Shown here: piece after piece, positions 51,231 to 64,000 of the stretch
How the letters are laid out: the number at the start of each line of letters is the position of its first letter
How positions within the stretch are numbered: position 1 is the first letter of the stretch
NCBI GenBank assembly: GCA_010405405.1
Contig: MU004237.1
Span: forward strand, 472,191-536,190
Length of the DNA stretch: 64,000 nucleotides
Origin: Microthyrium microscopicum
Lineage: Eukaryota
Reading direction: 5' to 3'
Notes under the pieces: generated by a model
Told to the model about the DNA's origin: nothing
The model's database searches: none
What the model saw: the letters and a program-made list of their open reading frames with translations, nothing else
Program-made: the position numbers and the translations under genes

Positions 51231-52384
51231 TTCGATCTGATGTGGTGTAAGAGATGCAGTTCAACAAAGGCAAACGGATAGTGAGAAGAGCTGGAGAAGG
51301 AGTGAATCATGTGCCGATTGCATATACCTTGAGTCTTATAGAATTCTGCAGATAAATACCCCAGCCATCAGATGGGCTGCATGGCACCGCTGAAGGATCA
51401 AAGGAACGATCACTACAACGTACGAACTGCATTGAATCCTTTGAGAGTCGTTCGCGTCGCCAGATGTGATTCTGGACCACGCCAAGGCATGCAAGACAAC
51501 CAAAAGCTGACAACAACCATGATCGGCTGCATAAGCATCGCATGAGTTTGAGAAAACCCCACTTCAGCCTTATCAAGCTGAAGAACGCATATGCATGCAC
51601 AGTGTAGTATGAAAGACCTTAGACGGAGCTCATCTGAGATCAATTCCTCTGCAAGACCTTTCTGGGCCAGAAGCGCTTGTCGATGAATCTTGATTTGCTT
51701 GGCATTGCTGTTCGCCGTGATTGACCGCTCAAAAGCTGAATAGTGATGGGAATCAAGGCGCGGAACATGCCACCCTGGAAATCATGGTCTATTCCATGAG
51801 ATGACACTGGAAGTCTTGCTCCATTTGAGAAAAGGAATAGGGGTCACCGCTTGCCATTTGGTGCATAGACCCATGCGTCAACATGGGCAAGCGATACAAT
51901 ATCTGATCAACTCTCCAGGCGTCTGTAATGGTGGTACAGTGTAGTGAGCAGTGGATAGAAACGCGTCTGAAAGGGAGGATTAAAATGATGAACAACCTTG
52001 GACAGGGACTGAACAGTGAATGGGGGGAAAGAAAACAGATCGCTGACTAAGCTTTGCCAGGAGTACCGTGCGTTCAGGGGTCAAGTCAATAAGCCTCAAC
52101 ATTGTCAACAACAACTCCTTTTCCTTCATCCTTTGACTCTACTTTCACCATCCATTTCATTAAGGACCTGCATGATTCAGATCCGGCTATCTATCAGCGC
52201 CTTGAAAATGACATTTTGACTGGTTTGCACTTCGTCTTAAACTCGGAGTGTAATCAGTGAATCTAACAACTATCAAGAGTTTATTGATCAAGAAATGAGC
52301 AACAAATCAGACCCCATTGGGAGAGTCGTGATTTGACGAAACCCAATTTTCGATCCAGTTGGTGGCTTAGAACTCAGACATCGG

Positions 52385-53864
52385 TCAACTTTGGCTTTGG
52401 GCAATGATTTCGTCTCTCTCTACGGCACTGATCCGGACACCATAGCCTTCAAGCAAGTTGACGACTCCATCGTGTTCTCGGTCAATGGCGGTTTTCAGTG
52501 CAGCGCGAATGCTGACTTCTTGTACCTTGCTATGTTCGAAAAGTAGACGAGTGGTGTTCACAGATCCACCCTTTGCTGCGTGCTCGATTGCAGAGCCAAC
52601 AATAGCACCCTCCTCGAGCAGCAGTTGGACAATCTCGGTGTGACCACTTTTCGCCGCAGCATGAAGGGCCCAACTGCCATCATAATTTTTGGGCATGGTA
52701 GCGCCGAGCAAGAATTCCAGCGGTGCTTCCACTTCTCGAAGTAAATAGCGGACCATGTCTTGTAGTCCATGTTCCGACGCCTTTACCAGCCGGAGCGGCA
52801 CAAATCTCTTGCGAAACTCGGCCCGCTTTTTGGCCTGTATATCGGGGCACGGTGCAAGCGGCCTCTTCACTGGGTCTTCAGTCCATAATTTGAGTTCCCA
52901 GATAAACCTGCGCAGTGTACTGAGAGAACTTGTTTGCGACAAGATCTCACGGAGCGGACGGAGCGCATCGTTAGAGCCCGAGAGGTGGTCCCAACTGGAA
53001 CTGAGGGCCATATCAACCAGGTCGTCATGTCCCCCTCGTCCTGCCCAGCGAATTACGGTGGGCCTATGGCCAGGGAAATCGGCTCTGTCGGTCTTGGGGG
53101 GTTTTGGATACTGGTGGACCAGCAGGTTCACAATATCTCGGTGGCCGCCATACGCAGCGCATGCTTCAGGAAATGGAAATATGCTCTCCGCACTGTACAA
53201 GTTAGTTTTAACGGATAACTAAAAGCCCAGTGCACTCCTACTTAGCACAGTAATAGTTGAAATCTTGATCGCACAAAGCTTGCACCAAAGGCATCATTCC
53301 AAGAAAAGCTGCCGCACTCAAAAGTTGCTGGGTGAAGTACTTACTCAACAGAATACCATTCGGATTGTCTACAGGATGACGTTGCATGTATTTGTTGACA
53401 TTGAGATGAAAGTGAAGATTAGCGAACGACAAGTTGCAAAGCTTTCTGACACATGCTCTGAATTGCTCGTCAGTATAGCGGCTAGAGTACAGCTCGTCTT
53501 GGTGTTCAAGAATGCCGCGAGCAACATTATGTATTATGAAGATCTCAGGTGAAGCAGATCTGGCCCCGAGGACACAGCGCACCAGATATTGCTGCCAAAA
53601 CCATGCCGCTTCATTTCTCAAGGCGAGCTTGGGTATGTTTTGGTCACTCTCAATAATGCCAGATTGGAATATGGCGTCGACTGTATACTGTGCGAAAGTT
53701 TCTGTAGAGAGTCAGCTCAATCGATGACCACAAAGAATCTGGCCGGCCTCACTGTTGACGAGTCTTAGTCTTAGAGCCCGCTTGAAGCTTCTAGCGCGGA
53801 CACAGTGCTCGAGAATTAATATAAGTAGTTCCGGAGAAAGAACAGAGAGCGGCATGACTGCCAT
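52385..53864 (-). CDS. Ankyrin-repeat protein with N-terminal F-box-like motif
   Basis: LSPELLILILEH..RALRLRLVN; AAYGGHRDIVNLL, ALHAAAKSGHTEIVQLLLEEGA; two introns. Confidence 0.8.
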
Positions 53865-54324
53865 CTACTTGGTTGCGGAAACTCAAGGTCAAAACCTGAC
53901 CGGAGACATCTTGAAGCAGAGCGTGAAACAACTTTGCAGTATTTGTAGGAGTCGCACCAAATGAAGTTGAGAATTTTAGCCACCAACGAGTTTGTGCTTA
54001 ATCCGGCTGCCTGCATGTAAGAGCTAGCCAATCAGGGGTGTTAGTTACCGCTCATAAGGCTGGCCTCGCCGCACGAAATCGTTGAACCAATGCTAAGCGC
54101 TGGCTGACTGCATGAAAGTTGTTGGTGTAACTCTTCAAGTGTGCGGCGTAGTATTTGCAATGCAATGCTCAAAGAGACCAGATTTACTTATTACGTTGGA
54201 TCCTATTTACTTTTACGATGTCTTCATCCTTTATCATTGGCAATCAATCAAGCTCCCAAGCTCAAACTTTTGACCATCATTTTTCCTCCTCCAACACATC
54301 ACAATCTTTTCATAACGAACCGAA

Positions 54325-55146
54325 ATGGGCGCGATTAAGTCAAGGAGTACATCCACGATCTACGCTGTGATCACCGTTTCTTCACTTCTTCTTGCTTCTT
54401 CTCTTTTGACTCTGGCTCTGAAGGCCAGTTCCATGCAGCTTTACAACGACCAAACATCTTCAGGACAATCGGTAACAGAGGTGTTCTTTGAGGTCCTAGA
54501 TCCTCACAAGAATTTCATGTTTCCGACCTATCCGCAAGCCTTGCTGCCCGATCTTTCTACACTTGTTCTGGTTGCTGCTTCATTTTGTTTGGTATGTGCC
54601 GTGGGCTTCATAATAAGCGCAGCCAGAATACTTCGAGTTGAAAAATCAATCAAAGTCAGTCTTACGATGTCATCTTTTTTCACGAAAGATAAAGATATTA
54701 ACTTTATGTAGCTTCATAAATCACAATGGCTGCTTTCGCTTGCCTTTTTAGCTTCGATTACGATCCTGATATTGGCTGTGACGATAACGACGATCGTTCA
54801 GCTCTTCCAAACCTCACATTTCCCTCTTCCTGCGATTTTGAATGGGACAATATCGGACAGCCAATTTGATAACCTAGTGTTTGAATTGGGCACATGGAGC
54901 TGTGAGACAAAAGATCTGCCGTCGTTTGCTGGATACGGCCTGGCTCAACAATGTGCGATCTTATCAATTCTCCATTTCTCTATGATGTTTCAGTTTCTCT
55001 TAGCGGCCATGCTGCTCATCATTATTTGGTGGGACAAGAGAGGAGGCCAACAATTCTTCCGAGAACGAAGATATATATTTTTGATGACGACGGAGATGTT
55101 GAGCTGGAATAGGCGCGCAGACCAAGGTAACTATTACTTCTTTTGA
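54325..55146 (+). CDS. Four-TM fungal membrane protein
   Basis: Four hydrophobic helices with an FELGTWSC..C loop; intron about 54655-54711. Confidence 0.65.
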
Positions 55147-55571
55147 ATACCATTATTAGCGAATTGAATATTAAGACTCAAAAGAACAACTACACACTGT
55201 TTAAACCTTTAGGTGCTATGAAAAAAATGAGAGTACAGCGACAGGGCTCTCAACCAATCAGCTTCCAGATTCAAAGCAATTCCATTGGATTTTGATGTCT
55301 CCAATGTGCCGCATTCGAAGCGATGGGTTGACAGTTCGCGATTTGACAAGTTTTTCTGGTACAAAATGGCAACCAAATCAAGAGTAACGAACTAATATGA
55401 TTGCATTCCAAATTGAATAAAGAATGCTCTCACCGCGCGCCACTTGGCATGAGGGTCAGTCAAGAAGACCAGAAGCTAGCGAAACATTAAATCCTTCCAT
55501 GACGGACAGTTTGAGTAATCTTCGGCTTTTCGTCGTTTGAGTGCTCTTTCTATGTCCCGTGCTTTTTCGCG

Positions 55572-57758
55572 CTAGCCCATGATGATTCTGTTCCAACATA
55601 CACCTTTAATTTCTTTCCAATCGCGATATGTAATTGTTTACAACCCGAAAGGCTCTCTATATGCAATACCACATTCCCACCTGATCACAATAACAGCTAT
55701 AATCGGAGCAGCGCTTGGCTGAAGGTATGACAGGTCTCCTAAGACGATCAACTCGAGCTTCTCGGTTTCTCCAGGATCGACAAAAGTGCGCAGTCCAAGG
55801 CTAACAAACCTCCCGGTCCTTGTCTTGAATCCAATTTGCTTCCCTATGATTTGGAGTTCGAGGGTCACAGAGCGTGCCCAGCAGCAAAGCAGCGGGATGT
55901 GGAAGGCTAGAGATGAGACATCCTCTATTTTCACTTCGGTGTGCTCCAAGTCCCCGCTGCTTGTGAAAAGTGTCTCCATCCCAGGTGGGTCATTTACGCT
56001 GTTCGGGCGTTTTCAATTCCACAAGGCGTGCATCAGAAGTATATCCATAAAATCTCAGTCTTCAGTTCACTGGCAAATCATCAAAATCCTTCGCGAAGCG
56101 AATATGGCTCGTCCAAACGACCCAAGACCAGCTGGGTAAATCTGGAATACGGAGGTCCCTCCCATCTTGGCAACTTTGCTCATTTGAAAGTCCAGAATTT
56201 CCTGTCCAAAGAAAATCTCTGCGCCAGAGAATGGCATTGTTGAAGCAAGCAAGCGGGATGGGTTGGAAAAATGGCCCGCCATCCTTTGATAACACTTCGA
56301 GAATACCCGAGAATCCGTTCAGCCTATCGCTCCCTTGGGTATTTACCTCTTGGTATATGCAGTGATCAAATCCTGAAAATGATTCTGTAGTTTAGCCTCC
56401 GGGAGTTGAGTTGTTGCATAAATTTGTAAAAAAGCGAATGTGTGGATAAAGGGACCGAAGTCAATCCCAACGACATCTTCGCGCAAGGTAGACTGACCGC
56501 AGATAAAGTATGCCTGCTCTTTGCCGAAAATGAGCCGGCGACGCGAGAGCAGTGTTTCTTGGTATGTCCACGCTCGAGTTGTCCATCTTGTCTCAGCAAG
56601 TTTGTATGCTTCACACCAGCCTGTTGGTATCATCACCGGAAGCAGTGAGGTCTCTTTGATTCAGATTTCCTGTTGACGTATTCCCGATCGATTGTGTCGG
56701 ACACCATATAAACCGGCACATGCATCTTCGCCGCACAGTGCGATGAAATACACAAGCTATCCATCCATTATATCTGACGCGTGCATCTTCAACAACCTTC
56801 ATCGCGTCAGCGATAGTGTTGGGAAGCAAATCCTGTGACAGCGAGCCTTCTTTCCTCAAGTCTGCTTCATTGGCCTTATTCAATGTCAAGAAGGGTCGAG
56901 ATCCCCGAACATAGCTCAAAGCGTAATAAGGCTCCGCCGAGTCCCAGTCGTAGAAAACTACGCATTTTCTTTGCACGTCAATGACCCTGAACACTTCGAC
57001 TGGTTCGAGATCTCGAAGCTTTTGCCCCAGGATAACCGCCAGAAGGTTTTTCTTTTGCTTCCAGGACTTTCGCGATGTATTGTATGCTGTACCTCATATA
57101 GCTCTCTCCAATAGCTAACTACGTCGGCATTGAAAACGCCCGGCCTCAACCTGCCCTCACTCAATGACTCCACCCGCAATTCCATATCGTCCTAGTCCTC
57201 ATCCTCATCCTTTTCACCTCAATTTGCAATATCTTCACAGAATTCTATTGGCCCCTCGAGTGTTCTTCCATCATTGTTCGCACTCTGCAAGACAACAAAG
57301 ATATTAGGACCCAAATGTTCCGACCGCGAGTCCACCCCAAACTTGCTCTCATAGCCTCCACGACAGTTTCCAACAGGTTCAAAATGATCTCCAGACGTGT
57401 CAGTTTCCAACCCGGGAAGCCAGGGCGACAAGCTAGCTCGTTACGATATCCCACTAAGACTTGAGCATCTGCTGTAGCTAGTGCTGAGACCTAGCTCTTT
57501 TGGTATGATTCTGGTCTTGCAATCAGTCATCAAATAGGCCAAGGATATTTTGGCAGAAAAGACACCTTTCTCGATTTGCCAGTACTGCATAGAAAGAGAG
57601 CAGTTGAGAGCAGTTTTTCGAGAATATTGCCATGGTTCAGAAACGAAAGACTGAAAGTCGGCCGAATGATAAGATGAACTGCCCAGGATAGAATAAGGAA
57701 CCATGAAACCAATGAGCAAAAAACGAATCTCATCGCAGAAAGAGCACAGAGAATCCAT
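55572..57758 (-). pseudogene. HET-domain (heterokaryon incompatibility) pseudogene
   Basis: LCSFC start, FRVIDV, YYALSYVRG, LPNTIADAM, WTTRAWTYQE..LSRRRLIF, PSWSW, spread over several frames with stops. Confidence 0.8.
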
Positions 57759-57961
57759 ATTGACTTCTGAACCCAGCCTGCCAACAACAAAAATCGAAAT
57801 ATAAACAATCGACGCGAGGAAGTCATCCAAGCCTGAGCTGACTAAGCAACCTCCAGGATCAAGGATCCAAATTTAAGCCTCAGTATCTTGATCATCACCA
57901 CAACCACACCACCACTCCCAACATCCAACATCCACCAACCCCATCCAAACCCACCAACCCA

Positions 57962-58362
57962 ATGTCCCAATTCGGCGGCCCCGGCGGCGGCCAAAAACAC
58001 TTCAAACCCACCCCGTAAGCACCCCCCACCATCTCCTCCAGCACAAGTCTAACAACACCCCAAGTCCCCAACGCGGCTCCTTCCCCCTCGACCACTACGC
58101 CGAATGCAAAGAAATCATGAAAACATACCTAACCTGTCTAAAGCGCACAACCGGCGCCAACGACGAGTGCCGCGAGGTAGCAAAAGAGTACCTGGGCTGT
58201 CGGATGACGCATAATTTGATGGCGCGGGATTCGATGCGGAATTTGGGGTTTGCGGAGGGGGATGGGGGGATGGGGGGAAGGGGGGTGGGGGGAGGGAGGG
58301 TGGATGAAGAGGGGGAAGAGGGAGGGTGGATGAAGAGTGGAAATGGTTATGAATTGGCTTGA
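57962..58362 (+). CDS. COX19: Cytochrome c oxidase assembly protein Cox19
   Basis: KPTP|PQRGSFPLDHYAECK, twin CX9C, CRMTHNLMA, NLGF; intron about 58015-58063. Confidence 0.93.
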
Positions 58363-59831
58363 ATATGGAAGGGGGATGGAATGGGATGGAATGGAATGGG
58401 ATGTCGGGAGGCGATGCGACTGGTTTTCAGAGACGGATGTCCAGCTGAAGATGAGAGTTGGCCAGGATAGCGGGACTAAACATCTTCGCCACGACAGTCA
58501 AGCGCGTTGACAAATTCGCTACTCTGACAAACAAACACGACGACAAATTCTGCCAGTCACATATTCATCGCGTACTCATAGCCAAATCTCCAAGAACGTG
58601 GGCATGAATATTATCAACTACATCACCCACCAGCCTAGTAGTTCGCCGACTACTTGGCCACGACATGTATCTCATTGGCTATCAATGACCACATGCATGG
58701 TCACTCCGCCACGCGCATGAGCTCACACAGCTCGAAAATCCAACACGGATGTCACGGCACTCTTTTTTTCAAATCAGATTAGAATCAAATCAAAAACCAT
58801 ATGATATTTGTGCTAGCAAGACTAGATAGCAAGCAAAGTAAGCCTACATGGCAACAACAAGACAATCAATCAATCAAAAAAGACATCAATCAAATACAAC
58901 AACCAGCAGCAGCAACCCGCAAGTAGAGTAACCGCAGTGTAATCTGCCTTCACATCCATTCATTCAGGACATCATCTGTGAAGTTGCCAGCCATAAGCCC
59001 AATCCCTTCAGCTCTTCAAGCCTGCAAGGGAGAGCCAGAAACAAAACAAGAGAGGACCTACAACACCAGCAAATGAAACAAGAAAAACGCCCCCTAAAAA
59101 CAAATTGCGCAGTCAAATGGCAACCCCGTTTGCCAAGACTCGCAGAACAGATAAAAGGAAAAAAGAAACGAGTGGTATCGTAGGGGGGGAATATCTTCAT
59201 CATCTCATCAGGGGAACTATCACACCATAAAGTCAAATAAAAGGTAAGGATACAATACAACAGCTAAGAATGGTAGTAAAGGACAAAAACATGACGGGGC
59301 AAGTACAGATAGTAAACCGGAATGTATGAGGTTCATATGGAGACAAAGGTTTGAAACCGTGATGCAAGAAAGACACAGAGGAAATGCCCCGATAAGCCAA
59401 GGATCCAGGGTCGAGGAAGGATGACAATGTGATGATCATGAGCGGTTGACCTTGGGTGATTGAATATGTCGGGGATACGTCTTGGTGAACACAGTCCGTA
59501 AGCCAAAAGCCGTATTCCGATGGACTGGGAGAAGGAAGAGTATGAATTGCTGAAAATGCCGAAAGCCGCAGAACGAAAACACAGGTATTGGGGTATCAAA
59601 TGGTGGGCACTAGCAAACATCGATCGGATAACATCAGACACAGCAATCGCTCATGATGCCATGCTGTCAATGGACGCGCACGGTTTCCAGCCAAAATGGA
59701 AGTATCCGATAGAAGAGCAATAGTGTTTGGTGGAAACTCGGACATATAGGGATCAAAGACCGGCGGACAAGGAGCTGATGGAGCAAATGGTGTTGCCATC
59801 AGCCCTGTAACTGCTGTTGGACGTAAAGGTC

Positions 59832-61265
59832 CTAGCTAATGTCCATGCCAAGTTCGTCCTCTTCTTTGATGCTCAAAGACCCGCGGCCACTGTCACCACC
59901 GTTCTGGAACCACATGTCGGTTGACTCAGCGCTACCAGGGTCGGCCTTGATTTGGATGTCGACCTTGGAGCCGTCAAGTGGTTCACCAGCCCAGTTGGTA
60001 AAGTCAGGGACCCGGAGTCCAGAGTTGAGATGCCGCGAGTAGTGGAAATTCTCAAAGCCGTTTCGTTGTATAGCCTGACGCATTTCTGACAACATTCGGC
60101 TTTCATCGTCAGACTCTTGATAAGGCCAAGTGCCACCCATTGCCTCGAACTGTTGTCGCAACTCTGCATGTTGTCGATCCCGTAGATCAATAATCCACAT
60201 AAGATCTCGCATCCATGCTACAGCTCCGTTGAGAATGTCACCCTTGTTGGGGCCTTTTTCTTTCTCCTCTTGGGGCAGACCTTGCGTAATTGTGCCTGCG
60301 GTCGCCCGACGACCAGTTCCACCAGCCAGAAGCGAAGTGGCATGTGGAGGAGATATGCCATGTGGAGAAAGTGGGCCGTTGGCGTTGATATGCTTCCGCA
60401 CCTTTTCATCCTCAAGACGATGGCCAGGTACCAGTTTGGAAAGATCCTGGATACGCTCATTGATATTGTCACGTCGTCTCCGCTCAACTAGGTTGTGCGA
60501 CTCTCTGCGGCGCTTCTTCTTGGCTTCTTGTGATTGGAATGAAGGCAAGCTTGCACTATGTGCGCCTTCTAGCTTGGCTGGAACGGATGCATGTTTTCCA
60601 GCGATGATTTCGGAAATTTGAGGATGGTGCATTTGATGACCATGTGGAGATGCGAGAGGAGAATCGAGCCATGAGTGGCCACTGCCAGGTGTACCGTCCC
60701 AATTATTTGATGCGAGTTTGGCTTGGTGGTTCAACATGGCTTGTTGTTGTAATGAGTCTGGAGTTCCGATCTGAAGGCCTTGGATACGAGGAGTCATTGG
60801 GCTACGGGAGTCGGAAGGTTGGCGTTCCATCATCTTACGTTGCATGCCATTCGGTACGCTCATGTTGCCACCATATTGGACTTGTCCGTATTGTTGGTAG
60901 TTGAAGTTCTCATTTGCAAAAGGGCTGCGAATGGGAGGCTCATTTGGTGTGTTCGAGAATAGCTGTGGAGCAGCTATGTTCTGTTGATGGCCCATGGAGG
61001 AATTACCCTGGAAGAAGCCTTGGTCTGTAGCCATGTTTGGGCTAAAGCCATTGGTACTGTAGTTTGGGTTGAAGTCATTGTCGAGGTCAAGTAGCTCGTC
61101 ATCAGCAATGCCAGCATTCCCCATGCCATACGAATGGCCCATTTGGCCAAATCCGTTGTTGTTGTTCATCATGCCGTTACTTCCGTTCATGGTACTGTTG
61201 CTTGGATCGACACCGTTGGCGTCGGGACTGGATGATGCAAAATTGTTGGAGTGTTGATATGACAT
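59832..61265 (-). CDS. bHLH transcription factor, Rtg3/GlcD-gamma-like
   Basis: KKRRRESHNLVERRRRDNINERIQDL, long loop, NKGDILNGAVAWMRDL. Confidence 0.9.
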   Translation of the reverse strand: MSYQHSNNFASSSPDANGVDPSNSTMNGSNGMMNNNNGFGQMGHSYGMGNAGIADDELLDLDNDFNPNYSTNGFSPNMATDQGFFQGNSSMGHQQNIAAPQLFSNTPNEPPIRSPFANENFNYQQYGQVQYGGNMSVPNGMQRKMMERQPSDSRSPMTPRIQGLQIGTPDSLQQQAMLNHQAKLASNNWDGTPGSGHSWLDSPLASPHGHQMHHPQISEIIAGKHASVPAKLEGAHSASLPSFQSQEAKKKRRRESHNLVERRRRDNINERIQDLSKLVPGHRLEDEKVRKHINANGPLSPHGISPPHATSLLAGGTGRRATAGTITQGLPQEEKEKGPNKGDILNGAVAWMRDLMWIIDLRDRQHAELRQQFEAMGGTWPYQESDDESRMLSEMRQAIQRNGFENFHYSRHLNSGLRVPDFTNWAGEPLDGSKVDIQIKADPGSAESTDMWFQNGGDSGRGSLSIKEEDELGMDIS

Positions 61266-64000
61266 CAAATGCCCAAATAGGGGTAGGTGAGAGTTGTTGT
61301 GGCGCGCAAAGGAGATATATGCAGGAGTCCGAGCAGCTATTGCAAATTAGTTTTGAGCTGATTTGGAAGAGGCGTAATTGATGATGTAGGTGGTTGGAGG
61401 AATAATTCAGGTGGTGCTTAAAAGTACTGAAGAACCGGATAACAACGGATCAAAACCAGGCACAGTGACCTGAAGAGCATTGACTGATTGTAAGTGAATA
61501 TTAACACGTACCTATTCAAGGAAAGATGCGGAATTGATATCCGTTGAGCGTTTGACAATGACTGGTAAATCGTAAATCAAGGGAAACCGAAAGCCGTAGG
61601 AACGTCAGCGTCAAGTTATACTCTTTGGGAGGTGAGAATTACGAAACAAGGCAAACTGAGTAATTGACGATTTCTCAGTTGACAATTCTCTAGACAAACG
61701 TTGTCCTGAGCAATAGAGAAATGAGATAAGCGCAAACTATGCTGTGACTCGTGGTTAGAACCAGACTCGACAGTGTTTCAGAAGTTCGAGGCCAAAAAGA
61801 GAAAGAAGACGAGTGCAGGTTGAGACAAAAATGGCAAATCTGTGACCGTGTAGAAGCTCCAATGATTAAGCAAGCTCCTCCAACTGGCCCAGGAGTAAGA
61901 GTGGTGCAACAACCGATTTTAGCCGTTGAACTCAAGCGATGGTGTGAGCAGCCAGCGGTTGTGCGACAAAGGACGTAGTTAAAGGTGTAACGTGAAAAGT
62001 GGACTGAATCCACAATGCGACTCACCTTATACTTTCACAGTACTGCGGTTGTGTCTGGAGCACGCAATGGCAAATGCAGCGAAGATGGCAGGCGGTCGCA
62101 ATTGACTTGTAGTTGGGTAACTCGGATGTTGGCGCGGTGGGATTGTGGTTGAGTGACGTTGGAGTGGGAGCACTCGATGATGCGGGCTAGGCGTCGGAAT
62201 ATTTCAGACGCAACGTAACTAGAGTCTGCAATTCAAACTCGAATAGGTTAGCAAGCTTATCGTAGAATATAAGAAAAAAATAACACGACGTCTAAAAGTC
62301 CGAAAGTGCAGGCTGGGCAGTGGATCTTCTTCCAAGATCTGACAGGCTGAGGCCTGGAGAAGAGAAGAGGCAGGAGAAAGGCTCGGCGTATGGTGGAAGT
62401 ACAACAGGCAATTGAGCTGGCGGTTGCACCAAAATGGTTCTCTCGTTTATGCGTGGCTGCAGGAAGAAGTGATAGAGCGCTCTCGATGGCAATGAACAGG
62501 CAGCGCAAGCGATGGCAAACGGTGGGCCGCGGCGAGGAATGGAACCGAAAGGACCAGGGACAGAGAGAGGATGGTGCGAGGAAACTGACCTGGTGGAGCG
62601 GTAGCAATCGGGATTGTACGAGGGAGCGATGATAATGGCGAGAGCAATCGCGTCTAAGAAGTGGTGGTGGTGAGCGAGGTATAGAATGAAGCGTGGGTGT
62701 AGATAGTTGCGTGAGGTGTAGTTGAGTAGTGGTAGAGAGGAAGCGGTGAGAGTGGTGGTGGGAGAGATGTGGTTGTTCAGAGGCTCCGGTAGGCTCTGGG
62801 TAGTCTGGGGTCCAGTAAAGGCAAGTGCGCTTCGTGAAGGTGGAAGGCACGAAGGGAAGGGTCTGAAGGGTCTGAACTCTGAAGGGTCTTGGCTAATTCT
62901 GACGAGCTGCGGGGGTCGCTTGCCTTGAACTTTTCCCCAACTTCCCTAGTTCTTGCCTTGCCTCTCGTCTTCTAGCGCTGCAAAGAGTGCCAATCCAGAA
63001 GGAAAGCTTTGTCGCTCTTGCTGAATTTTAGTCTGGGTTCTGTTGTAACTTCCTAGGAGGGCAGTCGCGGCTACTTTGTCGATCACTGACGGCAGTCGCG
63101 GCCCGTCGATGCTTCTTTCAACAACTAAATCTCCCAACCACGTTGAAGTTCTGAACCACAAAAGAGATCAAGCGCTGGCTTTATCACTTTGACTGGTTGC
63201 CACACGAGTAGAGCCTCACAATCTTCAGCCTGTCGAGGCCGTCAACTAAAAGAAAAAAGGCAGACTCACCACTAGCACTGGTTCCTGAATCGGGCGGCGA
63301 ACAACTCTTCTCGAGAACGTTCTGGTGCGACTGTCCAATACTTCTATCCCCTTTGGCCCCAATATCGTCTCTGGATAAATCCTACGGATGGCAGTGCTTT
63401 GCGCCAGATTATTTGTTGGAAAATCGGCAGCACACTCGTACGAATTGCGCTTCCCCCAGCCTGATTGGGATCTGTGGCCAGACCCTTTTCAGCTGTACAG
63501 TGTACGTATTCGTTCGACTCTGCCAACTATCTCCTATGATTGGTTGGGAGCCGCCGACGACTCGACTTTCTTGCGCGAGTTTGAATGCTGCACGACAGAT
63601 AGCCACCGTCGAAACAAACTCGCTTTGCCTCGGTGCAACGCTTGTTGTTTCTTGACAATGAGACAAACCAAACAGTTACCCAGCGATCTGGTAATGCCCA
63701 CTGTATGGATTGAAATGTTTCGAGGCTTGAATTCGTTGGAATATTTGGCACGTGTAAGATGCTCAAAAGAAAGATGTGCGAGACGCTATGTACACCGCGG
63801 GATCCGATTGAACGTGGGACTAATGTAGACTGCAGCCTTTCAAGTCAGTAATTGTCCAGTCAAAACCCTTCCCGGTCAAATGTGTGGGGAAAGCTTGCTC
63901 AAGCTCCAAGAATGCGGGACAACTGACAGAATGTTGAAAACCAACAACCACTTTCGTTCTTGGTTGAGTAGGTATGGTATGCTGATACAACCGCTTGGTA

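Noticed and set aside
37808..57800. Starship element inserted at 5S rDNA
   Set aside because: The 5S copy is uninterrupted and no tyrosine-recombinase (DUF3435) captain is visible at either edge.
57962..58362. COX19 as copper partner of the oxidase
   Set aside because: It is a conserved mitochondrial intermembrane-space protein separated by unrelated genes; proximity is likely chance.
58374..58403. GGAAT/GGGAT pentamer repeat
   Set aside because: Simple repeat in the COX19 3' region.

Overview
Filamentous ascomycete (Pezizomycotina) nuclear DNA: short GT-AG introns with CTRAC/CTAAY branch sites, a dispersed 5S rRNA gene and a RIP-mutated transposon. Conserved housekeeping genes (UBTD-like, SEN54, Rtt107/Brc1-like BRCT, VPS25, THOC3/TEX1, COX19, an RTG3-like bHLH) alternate with accessory blocks. 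The first block (about 2-21 kb) has a two-PAH mini-protein, a 3.2 kb TIR element, a DCR2-like phosphoesterase, two tandem paralog pairs, an APH-like kinase and a MITE. The second (about 38-58 kb) is gene-poor and holds the best candidate novel system: two tandem, signal-peptide-less genes of bacterial-type architecture. One is a copper radical (galactose oxidase-like) oxidase with an intact active site and a C-terminal HMA-like CPYGLSAC domain; the other is a putative FMP-type heme peroxidase. Family calls come from recalled motifs and exon boundaries were read by eye; no database search was run.
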